Made by a program: the position numbers and the translations under genes
IMG/VR virus record: IMGVR_UViG_3300036713_000599
Direction: 5' to 3' (one strand)
From: a virus
Lineage: Duplodnaviria > Caudoviricetes
Length of the DNA: 64,000 bases
The notes under the pieces: model-generated
Databases searched by the model: none
What the model saw: the letters and a program-made list of their open reading frames with translations, nothing else
Told to the model about the DNA's origin: nothing
In this document: piece after piece, positions 56,501 through 62,884 of the stretch
How positions within the stretch are numbered: the stretch's first letter is position 1
How the letters are laid out: every line of letters starts with the position of its first letter

Positions 56501-57896
56501 CACTGGAGGGGCGACGAACCTCTTACGGCAGAGCTTTGACGGTCCTGTCTTCTGGATCGAAATTGATGAGGACGGAGACAGCACGTTCATTCTGAATGCC
56601 GAAGTCATCGACATTGCAAAGAGTCCAAACGCCATCGCGAGCTTCGCAGCAGGTGACTACGTCATCGAAGCGAGCATTTTTGGATTTGATCGTGGGACTT
56701 TCTCCCTTGATAGCAACCCTCGCCTTGTTTTAACACGGGAACGTTTGTCAGGAGAGGCGGATAGCGGCACCAGGGCAAACAACTTCGGCGCTGGCAGTTC
56801 GGCCTCTGTTGATACGCCAAACCTCGTCATCCCGGCCCCTGCTTTCAGCAGCGACGAAATTGCGATTAATTACAGCCGCACCCCTTATCAAGGTGACGCC
56901 TGGGGTAGCCAAACAGTACAGCAGGATATCCAGCACAAGCAGGGACCGCTTCTGACTTCGACGCTGTACCAACTCCTCTCAACTGAGCTTGATGAAGCGA
57001 ACCTCACCCGACCTAACCAAAAGGCCGTTGAGGTGTTAGCCTCTCGTAGCTTCCTCACTACATTGGGGTCTGGTCGACTTTCAGGAGACCTTGCTTCCTC
57101 CACATACGATTTCCGTAATGTGGGTTATGAGAACACGTCGTCTCCGCCAACATCGGCACTCGATCCAAGGCCAACTCTTGCGATCCCTGCGTTGTCTTCA
57201 ACGTATGCATCCGCTATCGGTACCGCCTACCACGGCTGTATCGAAAGGCTGCCCCTCGGGGCTGGGTGGCGTGATAAAGACTTCCGAGGCGATTTCGTCA
57301 GCGGTGCCTCGGCTCAAGGGCAGGTCTCTTCACCTTTCGTCTATACGGATTCCTACGGTCCAGGTACCTTGTCCAGCAGCATCGCGGTCGAATCCTCTTA
57401 CGAGGCTGCGGGGCTTCTGATCGGAACGTCTAGCCTTTCATCCGGTCAGCCAGGTGAGGTTGTAGTTCAGGTCGACGGTGAGCAAGGCAATTATGGACTG
57501 CTCGTCAATTACCGCACTAATCGAGGCGGCTCGGGCTTTACGGCGTTCCCGCCGAACCCAGGCGGCGAATTTGCTCTAGCATTCCCGACGGCCGGCCCCT
57601 CCCCGAGCTACCCCAAGGTCCTCGCGGGATCGGCGTATCTCGTTCGCAACACTGTCACGAGCATCGGATCCACTGAAGTATCGGCCGGCAGCGAGTTGAT
57701 GTTGCTGGTTGTAACTCACGGCACACAGCTCGATGCTAGCTCGGACCAAAACTTAGTGATACAATGTGGAACTAACGGTACTGGCGAGAGCTATGCCGCT
57801 GCAGACTTGTATCGGCTGCCAGGGCATCCTTTGGTGTCGGACAACGTTCGATCCCATACCGACCCAGCTTCGATCAGTCTCGCCAGGAAGTCGTAA
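53589..57896 (+). CDS. Giant virion (baseplate/fibre) protein, paralog of 47879..50443, 1435 aa
   Basis: GGAG SD. Shared N-terminal motifs with the 854-aa protein; shared C-terminal pattern (GELVLVLIS / SELMLLVVT; ASIYRIKG / ADLYRLPG). Confidence 0.8.
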   Translation: MSRNYGTGVSRVLDVDSRQFTNVIFQQGRPPLDGEFTMLADLTEDWRRIHVLRGCPSGVLSNVTNTEGDFITDNSWSNWFRLGQQKTGETKAVVWVCVNGWIIPVTGTGTGTPPGSPNDSDTWNKITLDPPPSNSGDSRIDFVFLEVWLAKVAPNPSTVNKPGASTLYRYGNVEGGYSYISDDIQDPALGFETTQRVQLQYRIRVVSGLIGLTSYPDGFDPAVVKAWGSAAADTSYTFENMRQELGDPGLWRAGDGTSNTLGTVDGYSYAVPICAVFRRNSVAWDGDPGQNLNGAFNRNPTATDRTGATTFSTAATLASALNDSDLSLSLVSATGIPLPLSPASAVTIKVDDEIMTYSVITGTTMTLTNRGFLDTKAENHLAGATVEVLAGRPDELFSDQIASTDILDLRHTVNPNGFDYNSMLHQGLDKLLRGEMRGNWKRSGGGPQGPFVFYQDKISASAAALGVTLLDAPDGHRTVYSDASMIQVMEFIAKAPPAQSTSEDVSVAWGLGLSGTADNSGGSTGLYNPGDTITIPVAQLKNSMPGVDSDQLQFLSGTGAVAIRIDGSDEFLVEGTDYSVTAVTGPSDDLTITLESGFPASVDKNLYITFHVLWGPGRGISRRPDLVHSVSYLSGNTNILLPQIGVPADNTPLPTSWAPLWSKYRDSVFNNLLPVTAPAYVDPGSKTVVLTPFRRVDLPDEFRTLDGSYVNWNTGSVAASGTDGITNGTTDFNSALANFGSGGDDIDTGDVIVISSGAAVGFYYVASRTDDNNLVLDRNAPAATSTYTIYRTQGLMPLDDTSGTSKWSITDPLELFSSRNDPAPATKNIYVQMPRKLIPGWGAVHVPIIHTDNTVWDEGINFLVFTEKGDKSAGPNSEKNFVPFSNGTFSYAAFSTVDLDSYPSSATYNTKYVSASLPYAGMRKYTDTRSLGREGLELPPFYGIARLFAVYEAQDYITNRSAYDPTSRALDTGGATNLLRQSFDGPVFWIEIDEDGDSTFILNAEVIDIAKSPNAIASFAAGDYVIEASIFGFDRGTFSLDSNPRLVLTRERLSGEADSGTRANNFGAGSSASVDTPNLVIPAPAFSSDEIAINYSRTPYQGDAWGSQTVQQDIQHKQGPLLTSTLYQLLSTELDEANLTRPNQKAVEVLASRSFLTTLGSGRLSGDLASSTYDFRNVGYENTSSPPTSALDPRPTLAIPALSSTYASAIGTAYHGCIERLPLGAGWRDKDFRGDFVSGASAQGQVSSPFVYTDSYGPGTLSSSIAVESSYEAAGLLIGTSSLSSGQPGEVVVQVDGEQGNYGLLVNYRTNRGGSGFTAFPPNPGGEFALAFPTAGPSPSYPKVLAGSAYLVRNTVTSIGSTEVSAGSELMLLVVTHGTQLDASSDQNLVIQCGTNGTGESYAAADLYRLPGHPLVSDNVRSHTDPASISLARKS

Positions 57897-57907
57897 GGAT
57901 AACCAAG

Positions 57908-58189
57908 ATGGCTGTCAGGCATAAGAGCTACCTAGACATTCCGACTGTGCGACGAAAGACCACAGCATCAAAGAATCTTGCCCAGCTAAAGAATGTATTG
58001 GGCGACCCCACCCTTACAGAGGAGCAGCGCACTGCTTTGGTCGGTCGTATCAAGAGGGTCAATCAATGGGCTGCTGGGTCTCTTGCCCTCTCCGAGAGCC
58101 AAAACAAAGGCCAAGACAAAGGCCAAGACAAAGGCCGCACCAAACATCGTATTGAAATCTCCGAAGAAGTCGGAGTTTCAGAAGACTAG
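57908..58189 (+). CDS. Small basic hypothetical protein with QDKG repeats, 93 aa
   Basis: AAGGA SD-like sequence upstream; fills the gap between the giant virion gene and the holin-like gene. Confidence 0.65.
   Translation: MAVRHKSYLDIPTVRRKTTASKNLAQLKNVLGDPTLTEEQRTALVGRIKRVNQWAAGSLALSESQNKGQDKGQDKGRTKHRIEISEEVGVSED
58100..58135 (+). repeat. 12-bp in-frame tandem repeat x3 (CAA(A/G)ACAAAGGC)
   Basis: caaaacaaaggc caagacaaaggc caagacaaaggc encodes QNKG QDKG QDKG. Confidence 0.9.
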
Positions 58190-58195
58190 GGAATC

Positions 58196-58618
58196 ATGGA
58201 CCAGGCACTCACGAATTTCATCAGTTGGCACACTCTGGTATTTGGCCTAGCGTGCTGGATTCTCACCTTCCTCTCTCGTAGGATTACTGAGACAGCACTG
58301 CCCCATCTGAAAAAGCAGGTGGATGCCAACCAAGAGGGGGCGACGTATAAGACGACATTCGCACGATGGTGGAACGAAGTCCTACTTTATGTCCTGCCTG
58401 TGGCTTGGGGTGGCCTAAGCGCATCATTGGCGACATTCTACCCCTTCCCCGAAGGAGTGTCTAGCTTCTCTGCTAGGCTCTTCTTCGGCATCGTCACCGG
58501 CTTCTTCTCAGGCTTCATCTACAAGATCCTGAAGAAGATCATACTCAAGAAGTTCGATATCGTGAGCGAGTCGGATCTTCCGGCTGCAAAAGTTCCGGAG
58601 CATGTAGGCGATGGCTGA
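58196..58618 (+). CDS. Holin-like membrane protein (3 predicted TM helices, basic C-tail), 140 aa
   Basis: Hydrophobic segments FISWHTLVFGLACWILTFL, VLLYVLPVAWGGLSASLATF, LFFGIVTGFFSGFIY, followed by KILKKIILKK. Located at the end of the structural operon. Confidence 0.65.
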   Translation: MDQALTNFISWHTLVFGLACWILTFLSRRITETALPHLKKQVDANQEGATYKTTFARWWNEVLLYVLPVAWGGLSASLATFYPFPEGVSSFSARLFFGIVTGFFSGFIYKILKKIILKKFDIVSESDLPAAKVPEHVGDG

Positions 58619-59138
58619 ACCCACCTACTGGGAGGCTGCTTGGGTATGGATCAAGCGAGTCTTCCGTTGGATTGCGGCACCTCTCCCAGCCCTCCTCCTC
58701 GTAGTGGGGGCTCTCTTCCTGATCGCACTCGGTGTAAAGAACGTTCAAATTGGTGGCTTGCTCAACAAGCTCTTTGGTAAAGAAGGGCCCAGCAAGGGCA
58801 ACAAAGCCATCTATGTCGCCAATTCTGTTCCGGAGGATCGGGTCGATCGTGATGGTAAGCTTATCCCCCCAGGTACGCCAGACTCCAAGGGGCACACACA
58901 GGCTGTGGTTGTACCTATTGAGGAGCCAGGCCTTTTCGACGATCCTAACGTGATCAAAATCACGCCTCCAGGAAAGAAAAAACCTGTAGAGGTCGTGCTC
59001 CCAGATGGTGTAAAATCCAAAGATGTGGAGAAGGTCGTGATAGTAAAGCCGGATGTCACGGTTGTGACTGTGACCGATAGCAGTGGTGTGACGGCCGAAA
59101 GCATCGACAATCTCTTGGAGAGATACGGTTCACGATAA
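58611..59138 (+). CDS. Single N-terminal TM-anchored protein, candidate inner-membrane spanin-like subunit, 175 aa
   Basis: KRVFRW followed by IAAPLPALLLVVGALFLIALGV; Pro/Val/Lys-rich soluble part; overlaps the holin-like gene. Confidence 0.6.
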   Translation: MAEPTYWEAAWVWIKRVFRWIAAPLPALLLVVGALFLIALGVKNVQIGGLLNKLFGKEGPSKGNKAIYVANSVPEDRVDRDGKLIPPGTPDSKGHTQAVVVPIEEPGLFDDPNVIKITPPGKKKPVEVVLPDGVKSKDVEKVVIVKPDVTVVTVTDSSGVTAESIDNLLERYGSR

Positions 59139-59154
59139 AAAGGATCGTTGGATA

Positions 59155-59847
59155 ATGTCTACGCCTATTGTAGCAAAAGTTGCGCTTATATCTCTCCTCT
59201 TCACTATTCCCGTTTGGGCGAAAGAACGGGTTGTGCTGCCCAGCGAAACTGGTGAGATAGTCGGGATCGAGGAGAAGAAAGAGTCTGAAAAGGGCGTAAT
59301 GTGCACAGCGCCCTCACAGTGTGTTGCTGGTAAGGACATGTACACGATGGTACAGGTGCTGAAGTCACGAAAGTGCCAGCTTTCGGAACTTCCTCGGTTT
59401 GAGCTTGATCCTATTCAAATTGTTGTCGACAAACAGGGCCGTATTTTCTCTTCTGGTGCAGACCCCAAACCCTACTCTCTCAAGATGGCGTGGTGTGATA
59501 TCACTGTGAAGGCCGAGGGGAGAGTCGAGGTAGTGACGGCTATGAAGAAGCCGCCCATTTGGGGGTTCCGTTTCCGACCGAAGGCGTATATGGGATTACT
59601 GCCTTTGGAATCGTTTCACGAAGGCTTACGGGGATTCAGTGACCTGACAGACGCCGGATTTATGATCGATTTCCTATACTATGATTGGGCCAACCTCAAC
59701 GCCGCTGTAGGCTATCGTAGCGTGGGAGGCGGGGTAGGGCTTGACCTGACTGAAAATTTCGGTCTATACGGCGGCTACGGGATCGCATGGGGCAGTTGGA
59801 ATCACAACGTCAACCTCTCCCTGACTTTCAGTTTCTGGAACCCGTGA
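59155..59847 (+). CDS. Secreted protein with C-terminal outer-membrane-type amphipathic beta-strands, 230 aa
   Basis: Sec-type signal (KVALISLLFTIPVWA|K) with no lipobox Cys. About six alternating-hydrophobic strands ending GVGLDLTENFGLYGGYG...VNLSLTFSFWNP. Confidence 0.65.
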   Translation: MSTPIVAKVALISLLFTIPVWAKERVVLPSETGEIVGIEEKKESEKGVMCTAPSQCVAGKDMYTMVQVLKSRKCQLSELPRFELDPIQIVVDKQGRIFSSGADPKPYSLKMAWCDITVKAEGRVEVVTAMKKPPIWGFRFRPKAYMGLLPLESFHEGLRGFSDLTDAGFMIDFLYYDWANLNAAVGYRSVGGGVGLDLTENFGLYGGYGIAWGSWNHNVNLSLTFSFWNP

Positions 59848-59874
59848 TGGCACCGTTAAGCTCGATATACGATC

Positions 59875-60093
59875 ATGAAGCATCAATTTAAAAAGGGCAA
59901 AATTATTTCTTTCCGCCCGTCCACCTGCTGGGGAGTTGTCGAAGTTAGTGGAGAGGAATACGACTTCTTCTCGACATGCTTCGCAGCTATCCAGAAGCCG
60001 CGGTTCCCAAGAGCTGGGGAAGAAGTCGGTGTGGTGCTAAATCCCAAGGGGATGGGATTAACTGTCCAAATCATGGTTTCAAAAGCGCCATGA
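59875..60093 (+). CDS. Cold-shock-domain-like (OB-fold) small protein, 72 aa
   Basis: KGKIISF...WGVV...EEYDFFST...PRAGEEVGV parallels the CSD pattern G-x-V-K-W-F...G-F-G-F-I...D-V-F-V-H...G-x-x-V-x-F. Confidence 0.6.
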   Translation: MKHQFKKGKIISFRPSTCWGVVEVSGEEYDFFSTCFAAIQKPRFPRAGEEVGVVLNPKGMGLTVQIMVSKAP

Positions 60094-60266
60094 TATTTTC
60101 AGGACAATAGGCTGACACCGAAGAACTCCCGGCCATAACCCAAAAGATTCTAGGATTGCAGTGAAGATGGTGCCAACTTGGTTGTCGTTGGTTCCACTTC
60201 TCATCAATTCTATCCTTACCGCCAGAAAGTATAGTTGTCCTCCCTCCTTTGGTGTATGTCATCAGG

Positions 60267-62054
60267 ATGGCAGAAAAACCAAAAGTCAACCTGTCTCCAC
60301 CAATGGCAAAGGCGTATGAGCGTCTCAAGCAGGTCAGAGCCTCCAAGACTGTGAGTCTTAAACCAAGCAGTCGACTTAAACAGGAGATCACGAGCATCGG
60401 GGGAGGGACGGAGAGATTTGATCTTCGGTACTACCAGGTACAAGGCGTGTACCACATGATGACGCTCAAGAGGATGGTGCTCGGGGACGATTGTGGACTG
60501 GGCAAGACGGTCGAGACTTTGGCCGCAATGGCCTACCTGTGGGACTCGAAGGCGGAGGCGAACCACAAGGTCATTGTGGTTGCTCCTAAGAGTGCCATGA
60601 ACCAATGGGCTGACGAGATCAAACGATTCCTCGTGGGAGTTGAACCCATTGTGGCTTCGGCTAAACCGAAGAAGGGTAAGTCTGCTCTCGAACTTCGGAC
60701 GGAAAAGTACGAAAAGTGGCGGGACGCCAAAGGTCCGACCGTGCTCATCACGAACTACGCTCTGCTAGTGCGAGATTGGAACGAGGGAGGATTCCGCCCT
60801 CTCAAACCAAACGGTAAACCTGACCCTAACAAACCTGTAAAGCCTGGATTGTTGGATAAAATCACAGAGGACGTAGCAAAAGGAAATCTCACGATAATCT
60901 TCGACGAAGCGACTGCGTTTAAATCGAAGCGGACCAAGACGTGGGAGACTGCCTATTTCCTTAGTCAGCGGGCGAACAGGTGTTATGGCTTGACTGCGAC
61001 TCTTCTGAAGAACCGCCTCTTTGAGGGTTATTGTATCTACGGTGTGGTCCGTCCTGGACTGTTCACCACACAGTCAAAGTTTTACGACCAGTACTGTTTC
61101 GTTGAGCTGAAAAAGGTGGGCAAAGCTCGCATACCTCTCATCAAGGGTTACAAAAATCTTGACCAATTCAGGGCAACCATCGACCCATTCTTTCTTGGTC
61201 GGAAGAAACACATGGTGGCTAAGGAATTGCCCACACTTACGACAAAGGAGATTGTCGTTGAGCTGTCGAGGCCGGAGGAGATTAAGTACGCAGAGGCCCT
61301 CACTGGTATTTTCGAACTGGGTGATGGTGAACTGAAAGTCTATGAAGACAACAAGGCGTTGGTAAGCCTTATCTATTGTCAGCAAGTGGTCAACTCACTC
61401 GCGACACTCAAATTCGATGAGGATTCCGGTGTGGACGATGACCTCATAAATGACCCCAAGAGGTACAAGGTGGGTTCTTTGGGGTCGAAGGAGCAGGCGT
61501 TGGTTGACTTGCTCTCGGAACAACTCGAAGATCAGAAGGTAATTGTTTACACCCGGTTCGCGTCCCTTGTGCCAAGACTCCAGGCTATCCTGAAAAAAGC
61601 AGGGGTGGCGTCGACTCGTATCACAGGTATGGAGACTGACGACAAGGTACGCCAAAAGAATCAAAAGATGTTCCAGGACCCTGAAGGGGACGTGAATGTC
61701 ATCTTCATCACGGATGCAGGGTCGGAGGCGATCAATCTCCAGATGGCGGCAGCGACCGTCTTTTACGACGCTCCATGGTCGTGGGGAAATTACATCCAGA
61801 TTCTCGGACGTATGATTCGCATCGGTTCGCCCCACAAGGGTGTGCTGGTGTTTCATCTCGTGGCTGCGAGGCCCGGCAAGAAAGAGGCTGCGGACAGTAA
61901 GACGATTGATCACCACGTGTTGAGTCTGCTTCGGAGCAAACGGGGTTTCATTGACAAGATTCTCGGTGAGGGTGCTGTGGGTGCCCTGACTTTTGACAAG
62001 AGCGGGAAAGACCTACACGAGCTTGTTCGATTATTGCAAGGCCCCTCCAAGTAA
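60267..62054 (+). CDS. SNF2-family (SF2) helicase/ATPase, 595 aa
   Basis: Motif I GDDCGLGKT, Ia VVAPKS...QW, II IFDEAT, III LTAT, IV KVIVYTRF, V AGSEAINL, VI QILGRMIRIG. The ATG at 60267 (after AGG) is preferred to the TTG at 60249. Confidence 0.9.
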   Translation: MAEKPKVNLSPPMAKAYERLKQVRASKTVSLKPSSRLKQEITSIGGGTERFDLRYYQVQGVYHMMTLKRMVLGDDCGLGKTVETLAAMAYLWDSKAEANHKVIVVAPKSAMNQWADEIKRFLVGVEPIVASAKPKKGKSALELRTEKYEKWRDAKGPTVLITNYALLVRDWNEGGFRPLKPNGKPDPNKPVKPGLLDKITEDVAKGNLTIIFDEATAFKSKRTKTWETAYFLSQRANRCYGLTATLLKNRLFEGYCIYGVVRPGLFTTQSKFYDQYCFVELKKVGKARIPLIKGYKNLDQFRATIDPFFLGRKKHMVAKELPTLTTKEIVVELSRPEEIKYAEALTGIFELGDGELKVYEDNKALVSLIYCQQVVNSLATLKFDEDSGVDDDLINDPKRYKVGSLGSKEQALVDLLSEQLEDQKVIVYTRFASLVPRLQAILKKAGVASTRITGMETDDKVRQKNQKMFQDPEGDVNVIFITDAGSEAINLQMAAATVFYDAPWSWGNYIQILGRMIRIGSPHKGVLVFHLVAARPGKKEAADSKTIDHHVLSLLRSKRGFIDKILGEGAVGALTFDKSGKDLHELVRLLQGPSK

Positions 62055-62071
62055 TAGGTGTATCTAGAAAT

Positions 62072-62884
62072 ATGACGGATCAGCCTCTGTGTTCAAAATG
62101 TGGAATGCCTAAGATTCCCGGTTGCAATGGGAATGGGTCGATTCCAGTCAACGAGTTCACCGTTCGACCTTGCAGGAACATGCTTTCTATACTCCTGAGA
62201 CAAAAGCTCGGTCCGGAGATAAGTAGTTCTACTCATGTCAGCAAAAGCCCCCTTTTCCAGATGCAGAAGGGCTGCCCACCAACGGTGGACCTGACAAATA
62301 AGGACGTATTCATCGATTGCCCGTGGCCTAATCTCCTGCCCCACCTAAAGTGGGTTCTCGGCTGCAAAGGCCTGAACTTCAGCTTTCGAATCGTTACCGA
62401 CCAGCAAATTAAAAATGTCTACGTCGGGAACGAGCAATACAAGAATAAGCCAAAGGGCTCTCGCGACTCCGAAGAGGTGTTTAATTCACTGACTGACCTC
62501 ATGGAGGGACATGACTTAGTCATTCTTCGACTAGGTTTCATTGGTTATCCAAACAAGGCAGCTGCAGGAGCCTTATTGGAAGCGCTGATGATCAGCGAGG
62601 CTGCTGGGTCCACCGTCTGGGTGGTGCATGACGAGAATCGACCTTGGTTTCACTCCCGTGACGCCGAGGTAGAGGAGTACATTAGGGCAAGGTTCGAAGA
62701 AGTCGAGGTCGAGCCTATCGACCCAGGGGAAGACTATGAAAATCCAGACGACCTGGATTTAGGTATGTCGGTTGTCGATTCTGATGAGCTAGAAGAAGAG
62801 TTCAACCAAGCAGAACCCGACCCAGACGACGACGACATAGAATTGTTGTCGAGACCCAAGAAAAACAAGAATGGAGGTCGTTGA
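62072..62884 (+). CDS. Zn-finger + degenerate DnaC/IstB-like protein (putative helicase loader or adaptor), 270 aa
   Basis: N-terminal CxxC...C...C. HDLVILRLG occupies the DnaC Walker B position (DLLILDD(L/I)G). Acidic tail. TGATG-coupled to the DnaB-like gene. Confidence 0.5.
   Translation: MTDQPLCSKCGMPKIPGCNGNGSIPVNEFTVRPCRNMLSILLRQKLGPEISSSTHVSKSPLFQMQKGCPPTVDLTNKDVFIDCPWPNLLPHLKWVLGCKGLNFSFRIVTDQQIKNVYVGNEQYKNKPKGSRDSEEVFNSLTDLMEGHDLVILRLGFIGYPNKAAAGALLEALMISEAAGSTVWVVHDENRPWFHSRDAEVEEYIRARFEEVEVEPIDPGEDYENPDDLDLGMSVVDSDELEEEFNQAEPDPDDDDIELLSRPKKNKNGGR

Noticed and set aside
60071-60397. 108-aa minus-strand ORF across the CSD/SNF2 boundary
   Set aside because: It overlaps the SNF2 start antisense, has no SD or recognisable motifs, and is likely spurious.
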